Origin: Geosiphon pyriformis uo1
Lineage: Eukaryota; Fungi; Glomeromycota
Assembly: GCA_016748015.1 (NCBI GenBank)
Contig: JAAOMT010000448.1
Location: 121,834-185,833, forward strand
Length of the DNA: 64,000 nucleotides
Reading direction: 5' to 3'
In this document: positions 35,244 to 47,387 of the stretch, one piece after another
Layout: each line of letters starts with the position of its first letter
How positions within the stretch are numbered: position 1 is the stretch's first letter
Notes under the pieces: generated by a model
Databases searched by the model: none
Told to the model about the DNA's origin: nothing
Seen by the model: the letters and a program-made list of their open reading frames with translations, nothing else
Translations under genes and position numbers: made by a program

Positions 35244-38200
35244 TGGTAAGGTGGCTCTGAGGTGTTTGTTGAAGCTGTTAAATATGTGTTTGATTGTTGG
35301 TTTGGTGCCTGCTTTGTGGAAAAAGGCATGGATTTTGATGATTTTTAAGCCTTATGACTGGAATGGGGTTTTTACAAACACTTGGTCCATTGCTTTAATT
35401 GAAACTGCCAGGAAGATCTTTTCTAAGATTTTGTCTGATCATATTTTGATGGCTTGTAGCAAGTTTAATGTGTTTTAAGGTGACAATTTTTTGGTGTTGA
35501 AGGGTATGTCCACATAATCTCTGGTGTTTGTTGTTGGGTCAGTAATTAAGGATGCTCTTGAAAAGAATAGGGAAGTGTGGTTGGTTTTGTAGGACATGTA
35601 GAAAGCTTACAATTTGGTAGGATAGCATTATTTAAGGGCTAGCTTGTGACATATCAAGATGTATAATAGATTCATTAAGTTTTTTGGCAGTATTTATGAG
35701 AACAGAATTAACAGGGTAATAACTAACTTTAGTTTGTCTGGTGGTTATAGGGTATATAATGGACTGGATCAGGGTGAGGTCTTTTTATCCTTTCTGTGGA
35801 AGATTTTTTATGACTCTCTTTTGTGTAAAGTCAAGAGACATGAACAATTGTGTGGGTATTGAATTGATACTAGGTTTGTTTCAAAGACTAGACAGATTGA
35901 AAGTGGTGAAAGTCTCATCTCGTATTTTTCAGCTGGTGCATTTGTTGATAATACAATCTGAGTTGAGAATTGTCAAGCCTCTACTTAGTATGCTTTGAAC
36001 ATTGCCAATAAGTTTTTTGAGATTAATGATATTTCTATCAACAGTGGAAAGACTGTGACTATTCCCATCAATCAGAATGTTAAAGTTGCTTTATTGAGTA
36101 TTTGTGAACAGCCTATTTTAATTGCTAAGAAAAGTGAGGCACATCACTATTTGAGTATCTTTTTGTTTACTGAGGGGTTGTCCAAATCAAGTGTCATTAA
36201 AGCTCATGCTGATGTTTGTTTTTTTGTCAACATTATGCTTAGAAAGGCTATTACAGATAAGCAGTTCTTGTATTTGGTTTCGGCTGTCTTACAGCTTATT
36301 GTCAGTTATCATATTCAGTTTAGCTTTGTCCCTTCTAGTGTTTGTCACAAGTGGAATGTATTGGTTAAGAAGGGCTTTAAGTCTAAAGCTTGTCTTCTCC
36401 GTGACTTTTTTAATGCCGCTTTGTATCATTCCTTATTGTATGGCCTAAAATCTTTTGAGCAGGTGCAGTCTGAAGGGAAGGTAACTACTCTGATAATGTT
36501 CTCTAATGCTCCTGGTATTCTTGGGTGTTTGTTTAGTTATAGATTTCTGGATTTGCAAGTTCTGGGTTGGGCTCCTCTGGACCTTTTGCAGTTTCCTGTC
36601 AGATTACGTGTTAATCTGGTGAACAATTTTCTGGCTAAATTGGTTAAAATCTTTTTGGACAATAAACTGTCTTTGGCGAACAATCTCTCCACTGTTTTTT
36701 GTAGTTCTGGCCATTTTCCTTTGTCTTCTATTCTTGGAAAGTCTCTGTATTTTGATTCAGTCAAATCTCTCAAACGTTTTGGTGTTGTCTTTGGTAATTG
36801 GCTTTTTAATAAGAAAGATGGCTTGTTGGATTGAAAGACTTTTCGCCATTGGAAGAGATTGAATCTACATAATCCTATACCTCATTGGTCTGTGGTTGTA
36901 TCTGAGTTTTTTCTGGGTAAGAGATTCTTGTCATCTGGCACTCTTGGTTCTTTTGAGCTATGTGGATTGGATGTATTGGGATCTAGTGAGTTTTCTGCTA
37001 TAAAAAATGGATTGCATGATATTTGGTCAGGCTTTTTTAAGGTTTATACAGATGGGTCCTTGAAGAATGCTGGCTCTGCTGAAGTTGTGGGTGGTGCTGC
37101 TGCATACTTTCTGGTCTTGGATCTGAGCATTGGTGTTGCAATTCAGGGCCTTTTGTCTTCTACCATGGCTGAATTACAGGCTGTTGCTTTGTCTTTGGAG
37201 TGTGTCCCTTTTTCTAGTACTGTGGTGTTGCATCTTGACAGTCAGGCTGCCATTGATGCATGTATATCTGAGATGTCTCTTGCCATTCCTGATTTCCATA
37301 ATCAATACTGGCTTGAAAGACATCATATTTTTAATTTGGTCAGGAATAAGGATCTTAATGTGAGTTGGGCTAAGGTAAAAGGCTATTTTGGGATTCCTGG
37401 TAATGTGAGAGCCAACTTGGCTACTGGAACTGCCTCTGGGTCTCCTTTTTCGCTGTTGGCCAATGTGCGTGAACACTTTTTGGTTGCTGAGAGTACTGCT
37501 GTTTCTGGTAATGCCTGTCATTTTGTCCAGAATATTTTTTGGTCTGTTTGTTGTGCTTGTTGGGAAGCTGGCTCTGGCTGCGATGTGATTTCAAATGTGA
37601 TAGTTGGTTGTGTGAACTGGGTTGCTACTGCAAGAGTGTGGCATTCTGATTCTCATATACTCACTGGTTTCACTAGTTACAAGTCTTCAACACTCTGCTC
37701 TTATATGATGAAAGCTGTGCACAGAAAATTGTTGGTGGTGGTCAGGAAGAGGCTGTATAATAGATGTTACCCTGGTGTGCTGTGTCTGTTGTGTGGTGGT
37801 GTGGAGTTCTCTGACCATACTTTTACTTATGTTCATGAATCTGACATTTGCAATGAGATCTTGGTTGAAGCTTCTGCTTGTTGGTCTGTTGTGGCTGGTG
37901 TTTTTGATTGTTTTTCGTCTGCTGTATTATGAGTACTATCTCAATGTTCCATTAATATTGGGTTGTATGCTTTGGTATGCAAGAAATTTGTGCTAGATAA
38001 GTGACTTAGGGAGACTTGTTGTGTTGTTAATGACCAAAAATTGGCTGTTGCTCAGATTGTTGATTTCATAAGATTTATTGTTGAGTTGCATCATGCTAGG
38101 GTGTGGTTAGTGAGATCTAGCCATCGAGTGGTGATAGAAAAGGCTGGTTTGGTTCAGGATAGTAGTATTGTTTCTGGGCTTTTTTGTGGTGTGTCTTTTT

Positions 38201-38468
38201 TGCTTTTTGATAATATTGTTAGGTTGCTTGGTGTGGCTAAGTCTTTTGCTGTTAGCTTTGGTCATTAGAAGTCATATAGTTTCTTTTCTGGTCTGAAAGA
38301 TAGTGTACAGGTTATTATAGGTGTGTAGTATTGTCTTGACTGGCTTGAGTGGCTAGCCATATATAGTAAGCGCATAAGTCATATTTAGTTTGAGTCTTTT
38401 AGTTTGGCTCTATGTACTAGATAGTGATTGGATTTTACTCATTAAATTTTTTAATAAATAAAAAAAAA
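35244..38468 (+). mobile_element. 5'-truncated LINE copy C (RT, RNase H, Zn finger, 3'UTR, A-tail), divergent subfamily
   Basis: Starts just upstream of WKKAWI..PYDW; GLDQGEV, AFVDN, VYTDGSL, CLLC; A-rich tail ending at 38468. Confidence 0.93.
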
Positions 38469-38794
38469 TAGATTACAGAATTAAATTTTTTAATTTTAAA
38501 TTATATAATATTTTGAAAACATTATTTTTTATTTTATTTAAAACTGTCTATATTATCAAGTTAAAAATATAATTAAAGCATTAAAATTAAAAATAATTTA
38601 AGTTTTATTAAATATTTTTTTCTTTTAATTTTTTTTTTAACTCCTTTATAAAAATATTATTATTTGTAATATTATTTAAAATAATAGCAAGAAGCTATGA
38701 AAAAAATTAGTTTAATAATTAATAAAATTAGTAATAAAATTATATAAAAAAAAAATAAATATAACTTTTTTTTAAACTGTTTTTTTATTTTTTT

Positions 38795-38955
38795 GGCTAA
38801 AAATTTGGCTTAGAGCAATAATAAAAACCATTTAAGTTAATTTTAAAAAAATGTGATTTTTAATAATATAAACACTATAATAACTTTGAATCTTAGATAA
38901 TATTAATATTAAAAATTTAATTTTGAAACAATAATAAAAACCAACTTAAATTAAT
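38795..38955. repeat. ~113-114-bp tandem repeat, left part (interrupted by LINE D)
   Basis: Same unit continues at 45737-45920 (ATGATTTT..AATAATATAA..TCTTAGATAAT..AAAAACCAACTTAA). Confidence 0.75.
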
Positions 38956-39115
38956 AAAAAATTAAATAGAGTCAAAAAACTTCTTTCTCTCCTTCGTCCA
39001 AAATTCCCAAAAAAAGAGTCAAAAGTTTTTTTGAAAGAAGTTTTTTACCATTCAGTACGATAAATTAAAACCGTTTTTCGATTATGAGGTCACTGTTGGC
39101 TCTGTTATTGCTGTT

Positions 39116-40915
39116 ATGAAGAAGGCTACCAAAGTTTCTGGTTCTGAGGGTGGTTTTAAGATGGTTGCATCGAGGAAGAAGAGAAAGGGTGGTGTATTAG
39201 CAAAGAGTGTTGATAATAGTAAGGTTGCTGATAAAGCTCTTGGTAATCGTTCATGGCGTTCTGAGGTGGGTAATACTACTGAATCTGAGAGTATTGACAT
39301 GGAGGAGGAGTGCTTGGTTGAGGAAACCAGTGTTGACTATGGTGAAAATGGTGCTTTTACAGGAGAAGATCCTGATCAAACACCTAAGAGTTTGCGTGTA
39401 AAGACCAAGAAGGTGTTAGGGAAGCCTTTGGGTGTGATTGATTATGGTACTGTCGATGTGAATGGTGATGTGTTGGATGAGTCTCTTCTTCTACCACCTC
39501 CTTTTCCAGTCAAACCGTCCGTTCAGATGTCTGTTCGCAAGTCCTTCACTTTGGATATTGATCTGGTGGCAGTGGTGGGTAAATTTTCTCAGGAAAGAGT
39601 CAATTTTGTCAGAAAAATTTTTTCAGGTGTAAATGGTTTTGGGGGGGCCTCTACCCCCTCAAAATTTGGTGGAATCATTTGGGCTACTTTTACTTCTGAA
39701 GAGGCGATGATGACTGTAGCTAATCTGGCTAATGACCATGGTGTTGTGGTAAACACCAATCTCAAGCACCCTGTCAACAATCGTACAAATCGGGCAATTG
39801 TGCTGAAAGAAATTCCTGTGAGAACTTTTTTGAAGGCTGTGCATGCGGCTGTAGCCGAATTTGGCATCATTAAGTTGATCAAAATGCAGCTGGTGAGTTT
39901 ATGGCAAAAGCCGATCATCAAATTGGAAGATCAAGACCAGACTGATTTTCTGGCCTCTAAGTGGTCTATCCTTATTGGGAAGGATGCAATTCGGGTGGCC
40001 AAGGCTGATATCGATAAACAATCATGGGATGCCAGGGATAAGTTTAGGGCTTTGCTATATACTCTTTCCATGGGAACCACTGCTCATGATTTGTGAGATT
40101 TTATTGGTTCTATTGGTGGGAAAACCTGCTTTATCGATCGCAATCCCATCAGTTATTCTCGTGCCCACTGTGCCACTGTGTGTTTTAGCTTGGAAGTGGA
40201 ATTAGTTAATGCAATGGCAATGACTCCAGTTATAAAGAGCTTTGGTCTCTGTTGGTCCCATCTTTCTTTAGCTTCATGTGCAGTTTGTGAGAAATTTGGT
40301 CATACTTCTCTTGGTTGCAAAACAATCAAGGGTGCTGGAATTGCAGGAGGCAGAAAGGCTCCCCTTTTGGTTCAGGACCAATCCAGATTGGCGAAAATTT
40401 ATGCAAGGAGATCTGCGCCTATCTCTCGTCCTTTGGCTTTTGGTGGTAAAACTTGGGCATTGGTGGTTAGCGCTTTCTCTGCTCCTTCTCTCTCTGGTGG
40501 TAAGGCAAGTTCTGGTTCCATCGTCGATGGTAAACCTACCCCTCCTGTTGCAAAAGATCTGGAAAAAAGACTGGTCAGTATCGAGGATGGTCTTGTTAGT
40601 CTTGCAAAACAAATTGATGGGTTGGCCAAGAGGTTAGATTTGCTTGTGCTGGTGGTTCCCCAGCCTGGTCACAGATGCTGGCTGCCAGTGGTCGCCATGC
40701 CACAGAATTCGGAAAGTAATGTGACATTGGATATGGACTTGAGTATGGCTGATGGCCATAAGTCTGCCATGATTGTGGACTCATCCATGTCCCCCTATGT
40801 TGTCAAGTTGGAAAATATGTTGGAGGGCCTCTCCAAATCTGTGTTGATCTTGTCCGCTCGTTTTGATAGTCTGGCTTTGGCTGGTGGTGCGAACTTCCAA
40901 TCCCCCTCCCAATGA
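39116..40915 (+). pseudogene. LINE ORF1 (~599 aa; RRM-like region, CCHC knuckle, coiled coil), one premature TGA at 40094-40096
   Basis: ORFs 39116-40096 and 40178-40915 are in one frame; CAVCEKFGHTSLGC. Confidence 0.88.
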
Positions 40916-43900
40916 GTGAATTAGTATGGAAAGTCGCTACATGCAATGTTAGAGGAATGAACAACCCTGCAAAGCAGAGTGATGTCATTCGTTGGCATAA
41001 GGACATGGACAATTCAATTTCAATTTTTACTGAAACTAAGTTAAAAGGTAAGGTTCGGCCCTGGATCATTAACAAGTTTGATGGGGTTCGGGTGTTTACT
41101 ACTGGTTTGGATTCTGGATATCTGGGTGCTGGTGTAGTGGTGGTTATGAACACTTCTTTGGCGAGACATGTGTACAAAGTGTCTGAGGTCCCGGGTCGGT
41201 TGTTGTCTATCAAGTTACTTTTCAAGAACAGGCTCTCTGTGTCAATTTTGGGACTGTACGCTGGTGCTTCTTTGGCAGTCCAGTTCTCTCAGGCAGGCAA
41301 AATCAACTCTATCGTTGCAAAGGCTGTTAACGAGTCCTCCTTTGTTATCCTTGGTGGCAATTTTAATAAAGATGGCTCTCATAAGTGTGTGAGTTTCAAG
41401 AAGTGCCTTGATTTGGGATTGATTAACTCTTTGGTCGGGAGCCCAGCTGTGAAAATGCCCACTTGGGAGAATTCTAAGGGTGTCAAAAGAACAATTGATT
41501 ACGTGTTTGTCTCTCCAAATCTGGTCAATGTGATGGTACATCATAATGTTTCGGGTGTTAGTGAGCACTTTGACATGGATCATTAAGCTGTTTCAGTGTT
41601 TTTGGGTCTGGGTGGACTTCTGGATACGTAATTGAGCTTTTTTCGCAAGCAAGCAAACAGAAACAGATGGAAGTTTGATTTCAAGGGTGCTGATGAGAGT
41701 AAATGGATCGATTTTAAGTGTGCCACATTGGCTAACGCAACAATGTTCTCAGATGAGTTTGTTGTTTCTGTGAGGTTTTTGGATTTGGACGCAATGTGAG
41801 ATGTTGTTCGCAAAATAATGATTCTTTTGGCTAATGAAGTGTTCAAGAAAAAGTGGTTTAAGGAATTTGATGGTGTCTTTACCAAAGAGTCGTCAAGGTT
41901 CCACAAGTTGGAGCTTTTGGTTTCAAAAATTATTAAGGCATTTCATGTAGAGTGTGCTGTGGATTTTGCTTTTCTCATAAGGTGTTGGGCTATTCTGGAC
42001 AGTGTCAAGGCTTCGGTCATTCAGGATCTGGTGGACTCTGGTGTGGAATCTGGTCATGTTTGTTCTGCTCTTTTTGGTGCCAGGAAATTTTATTGAAAGT
42101 CCAAGCTCATTGAATCTCAAAGTGCTAAAGAAGCATGCATCAGATCTGCGATAGACAAGAGGATGGAAAGCTTTGAGGTAAATAAAGATCATACAATAAA
42201 AAGTGTGTTGAAGTGCCCGTTTCGTAAGATTGTGCTGGATCATTTGGTGGTTGATGACAAATTGATTTTGGAACCTGAGCAGGTCAAGTCCAAGGTTGAT
42301 GCGATCATAGAAGGTTGGACTAGGAAGTGTCGAGTGGTCAATTATGTCTCGGAGGATTGGTGCCTCCAATATCAGCCACTGGAGTATGTTTTTGACGAAG
42401 CTTTTTCTAGTGTCATGTGTTCAATTGGGTATGATGAGTTCCTTGGGGTGATTTCTGATCTTCCGGAGGGTAAAGCGGCTGGTTTGTTGGGTATTTCAAA
42501 TGAACTTTGGAAACATTGTAATAAGTCAGTTTTGGATATGTTGTTGGTGCTCTTGAACTCTTGTTTGTCTAGTGAATCAGTGTCCGGCCCTTGGAAAGAA
42601 GCATGGGTCTCGATGATTCCGAAACCTTATGAGTGGGAAGATGTTTTAACGAACACACGTCCTATTGCCTTAATCGAAACGGCTCACAAGGTTCTTTCCA
42701 AGATACTCTCGGGCAGGATTTCTTTGGCGTGCAGTACTTTTGACGTGCTTCGAGGGGCTAATTTCTCAGTTTTGAAGAGTACAACAACCCAGTCCCCTAT
42801 TTTTGCAACTGGTTCGGTGGTTGAAGATGCTTTGGAAAAAAACAGAGAGCTATGGCTGGTTCTGCAGGACATGCGGAAGACGTATGACTCGGTTGGCTGG
42901 GAGCATCTCGAGAAAAGTTTGGTCAGAATTAAGATGTATAGCAAATTTATTCGGTTTTTTGGTGGTATTCATAGGGATCGTACCAATCGAGTCATGACTG
43001 ATTTTGGACTGACAAGCGGTTACCGTGTGCACGATGGTTTGGACCAGGGAGAGGTCTTCTCTCCTCTTCTCTGGCGCATATTTTATGATCCTCTTTTGTG
43101 CGAAGTCAAGAGACAAGAGAGTGTATGTGGGTATAGGTTGAACTCTCACTTTGTTTCCAAGAATGGTCGTTCCAAATCCCAGGCTGGGTTTTCTTCTTTT
43201 TTTGCCGCTGGTGCTTTTGTAGATGATACGATTTGGGTTGGTAGCAGTCAGACGGCTACTCAACATATTCTTGATGTTGCTAGTGAATTTTTTTTTATCA
43301 ATAACATTTCTATTAACAACAACAAAACGGTAGCCATTCCTATCAATAGCAGAGTCAGCAGTCCCTCCCTGTCTATCAGTGGTTCGCCCATTTCTATTGC
43401 CAAAAAGAGAGAATCTCACCGATATCTGGGCATTTTTCTATCATCTGAGGGTCTTTCAAAGCCTAGCTTGGCTAAGGCGCATTCGGACGTTCGCTTTTTC
43501 ACCAATCTAGTGTTGAGGAAGGCGGTCTCAGATAAGCAGTTTTTGTATTTGGTGTCAGCAGTTCTGCATCCGATAGTCAGCTATAGAACTCAGTTCAGTT
43601 TTATTCCTGTTGGCGTGTGCGGGAAGTGGGATGCTCTGATTCATAAAGGTTTGAAGCTCAAGTCTGGTTTGCCACTCGATTTCCCCAATGATGTGGTTTA
43701 CCACCCTTTGTTTTATGGTTTGAAGTCATTTTTTCAAGTTCAATCTGAAAGCAAGATTGCTTCTCTTGTCGGTTTTGCAAACTCTGGTGGTATCTTGGGT
43801 CATTTGTTTTCCCACAGGTCTCATGACTTGCAAGTTCTGTGTTGGCGCCCTGTTCATCCATTGTGTTCTCCTGTTCGTATTTGTGTCAATGCTTCTAATA

Positions 43901-45600
43901 ACTTTTTGGCAGGCATGGTTTGTGTTCTTGTCGATTGCAATGTGTCTCTGGGTGGCTCTTTAGTTAGTTCTTTTTGGTCTCATGGTGGAGTGCCTATGTC
44001 TGAGGTTCTGGGCGAGTCAAGGTTTCTCAAGTTTCTCCCTTCCCTTCGGCGGTATGGTATTGCCTTTGTGAATTAACTTTATGACCGTCATGGTGCTGTC
44101 TATGATTGGTACACTTTCAAGCAGTGGAAGAGATTGGACCCCCGTGGTCCAGTTCCTGAGTGGTTCAAGCATTCTGTTTTGTTTCTCAATAGTGTGAGAT
44201 CTTCTTGTGATCAGTCTCTAGTTTTGGGGGATGGTAGTCCTTCGAACATTCTTGAGTCTGGTGGATTTATGTCTATTCGTGATCGTCTCTTGGTGACCGG
44301 TGTTAGCAGCCTGTTAGTGTATACGGATGGATCTCTTAGTGGTCTTGGCATGGTTGGCTGTAGAGCTGGTGCTGCTGTTTTTTTTGAGGACATTGGTTTG
44401 GGTTTGGGAGTAAGGATATTGGGTTTGATGTTGTCTACTTTGGCAGAATTGCAGGCTGTTGCTTTAGCTCTGAAGTGTGTTCCCTCATCAAGCTCTGTTT
44501 GTTTGTTCTCAGATAGTCAATCGGCATTGGATGCTTGCAGGTCGGAGTTAGATCTGGTATGTCCCGATTTTCATAATCAGTGTTGGGTCGAACATCGTCA
44601 TATTGTCAATGTAATTCGCAGTAAGAAGTTAAGGGTTAGCTTTCGCAAGATGAAGGGTCATTCTGGTGTTTCGGGAAACAAGCGTGCCGATGCGATCACT
44701 GGTGCCGCTTCTCTCTCCAATTGGTATCTTCCCCCTTGCTTGAGTGAGCATTTCTTGACAGCTGATGGTGATGTTGTTTCTGGAAATTTGAGGCATTTTG
44801 TTCATGATATTTATCGTTCTATTTGTCGTGCGTGATGGGAGGTTGGTTTCGGTTTTGGGGTTTTGGTTGGCAGCTTGTCTTCTGAGGTTGATTGGCCCTG
44901 TTTGTCATTGGTGTGGCATCCTAATTTGCACATGACTGCAGGATTCACCAGCAGGTATTCGTCCAGTGTGCGTACTTATTTTATGAAGTCTTTGCACCAT
45001 CGGCTGCCAGTTGCTGTTCGGAAGTGCCTCTATGATAAACATTATCCTAGCATGTTGTGCTTGTATTGTGGTAAGGTGGAGGTGTCGGATCATGTGTTTT
45101 CTTACAAGGTTGACGAGTTTGTTCGGCGCCAGTTGCTGAATTCTTATGTAGGGTTCTGGAAGGCACTTTCTGGCTCATCTCACTCCTCCTCGGATATATT
45201 GCAGCTGTTGTCATCCAGTGTTTTTGATTCTTCTGTGTCTATGGCTCTTTTTAAGGGCTTTGTTTTCAATGGATGGTTTAGCGAGGCTGTTTCCATCTTT
45301 TATGACCCCAAGATTGCTATTTTGGAAATTGTCAAGTTTGTGCACTCTCTTGGTCTTGCTTTCAGGAAGGATGTCTGGTTGATTTGTGCTAAGCATCGTG
45401 TGTATATGAAGAAGAATGGACTGATCCCGCTAGATGGTTCAGCCGTCATCTTAGTTCATGGTTTGGCTTCGAGGTTCTCTGTAGGGGTGGTTAGGTTACT
45501 TGGTATTACTAGTGCTTTAGGTGTTCATTTTGGTTTTCGCAAGGCTTGCTTGTTCTTTTCAGGTATAGGTGAATCAGTGTTGGTTCATATAGCTGCATAG
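40912..45600 (+). pseudogene. LINE ORF2 (~1562 aa; APE, RT, RNase H, Zn finger) with in-frame stops and no net frameshift
   Basis: ORFs at 40912, 41818, 42163, 44134 and 44863 share one frame; ATCNVRG/TETK/IDY/DH, QGEVFSPLLW, AFVDD, VYTDGS/ELQA/SDSQ/KGHSG, CLYC. Confidence 0.95.
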
Positions 45601-45736
45601 TGTTGTTCTGATCGGCCCGAGTGGCTGGTCACGTGTAGAAAGTGCATGATTCACGCCTAGTTTAGATCAATTCCTTGATGTATAGTGCTAGGTTGTGTTT
45701 GGACCTCACTCGTTAAGCAATAATAAAAAAAAAAAA

Positions 45737-45920
45737 TTAATATTGAAAAAATATGATTTTCAATAATATAAATATTGTAATAATTTTAAGTCTTAGATAA
45801 TGCTAATGCTGAAAATTCGGCTCTAAAACAATGATAAAAACCAACTTAACCCAACATTAAAAAAACATGATTTTTAATAATATAAGCATTGTAATATTTT
45901 TAAGTTTTAGATGATATTAA
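45737..45920. repeat. ~114-bp tandem repeat, right part
   Basis: ATGATTTT anchors at 45753 and 45867. Confidence 0.75.
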
Positions 45921-46029
45921 TTTGTTGTATGATATGCCAATCTTATTATTGGTTATTGATTAACCTAAATTCATGCAAAAAATATATATTTTTAATATAA
46001 TTCTATAATCTTTTAATACTTTAAAAAAT

Positions 46030-47185
46030 CTATTTGCAATATTTATTTTATTATGTTATCTACTTATTAAACCAAAATCAATTATTGTTTGTTGAAAATT
46101 CCAATTTTTATTGATATAATAAGTAGTAATGAAAATAAAGACTTTGTTATTCAAAAATCTAATGTAAAGGAAATTTTAAACTTGATAATACCTAAGTATG
46201 TTTGTTATGTTATAAGTATGGGTGAAATTAAAGGGACATTTTATAATAAAAGTAGTTCTTACTCTTAATTTTTGTTTACCCAAGGTATAGAGTTCCATGA
46301 CTCTATTCTTAATTGTATTAGCACAAACAGGTTGAGAAGTGGGGTTCAAATATTGGAATATTTTGATCAATTCAGGGTCTTCCACTGTAACAAATAGTTG
46401 CTGGCGGTTAATAAGCCAGATAACAATCATATCACGAAGTTTTTCATTATCAACTTTAATAGCAGTTACTACAGAAGGCTAGAGCAGTTTTCTAGTTAGA
46501 TTGGCCAAAAAATCATAGAAAAATTGCAATCTCACCTGTCGAAACATTTCTTCAATTAACCCATAATCTTTTTGGACATTTTGCCTTTTCTTATGATATT
46601 CTTCCATTGTGACATATACTGTTCAATGGGAAGCCTCTAAATGGCACCATAAGGGTTTTGTAGTGCCCGTAGTTCCGCAAGAAAATGGTTTATGCACACA
46701 TTTTGAGACCGTACATTTAGCTGTTTTTTTTCTTTTGTTCACTCAAATTTATCAAAATAGTCCCATACCTCACTCTGAAAACTACGTTTACTAGAGATAT
46801 TAATATTTGGACTATTTGGGTTATCAAATTCCGTTATTTTGGATTTTGAATTTTGAATCTTCAGTAACATCAGACAATGGGTTCATTTTGGTAAGTTGGA
46901 GAGCGAAGTTGTCATACATGCATAATTTTATATACCTCTTTAACTGATCATAGTAATTAAACAAAGTAATGATTGATGAACAAGTAATACAAAATATATC
47001 TTTTTTTTTAATTCCATCGAACTTGAACAAGTTCGTGGACTTCGAACCAGATCTGAACTGAACTCAGACTTGCCAAAAAGGTTCAACTTCGAACTCGAAC
47101 TGAACCTACTTTGAAAATTTGGTTCGGTTCAAGTTTAGTTCATAATTCGAACCGAATTTGAAGTTCGGTTCGGTTTGGATCCCTG
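46030..47185 (-). mobile_element. hAT (Ac/Tam3-like) DNA transposon 5' end with truncated BED-finger transposase
   Basis: Minus strand starts CAGGGATCCAAACCGAACCGAAC with GAACC/GAACT subterminal repeats. BED finger SEVWDYF..AKCTVSKC..GTTKPLWCHLEASH; WLINRQQ.F.TVEDPEL..; ISFTLD catalytic strand. Confidence 0.85.
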
Positions 47186-47387
47186 CTACCAATATTTTTA
47201 TTAATATAATATTTATTATTAAATTAATTATTTTATTTTTATAATATATATACATATATATATTTTTAAATTGATACATATAGTAAATTTAATATTATAA
47301 GAGAAATGAGATGTGACTATTCATTATCACGTGACCGATTGTGAACTATCTAATTTTTTCGAGACGCAATTTTTTTTAATGTACATC

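Larger units (their letters stand above)
38956..45736 (+). mobile_element. Full-length LINE copy D (ORF1 + APE-RT-RNaseH ORF2), least eroded copy
   Basis: Short 5'UTR, two ORFs, 3'UTR, A-tail 45725-45736; 5' boundary approximate. Confidence 0.96.

Noticed and set aside
39975-45600. Alternative genetic code or programmed readthrough explaining in-frame stops in the LINE
   Set aside because: Stops fall at different positions in different copies and match C>T/G>A changes; host genes use TAA/TAG as normal stops
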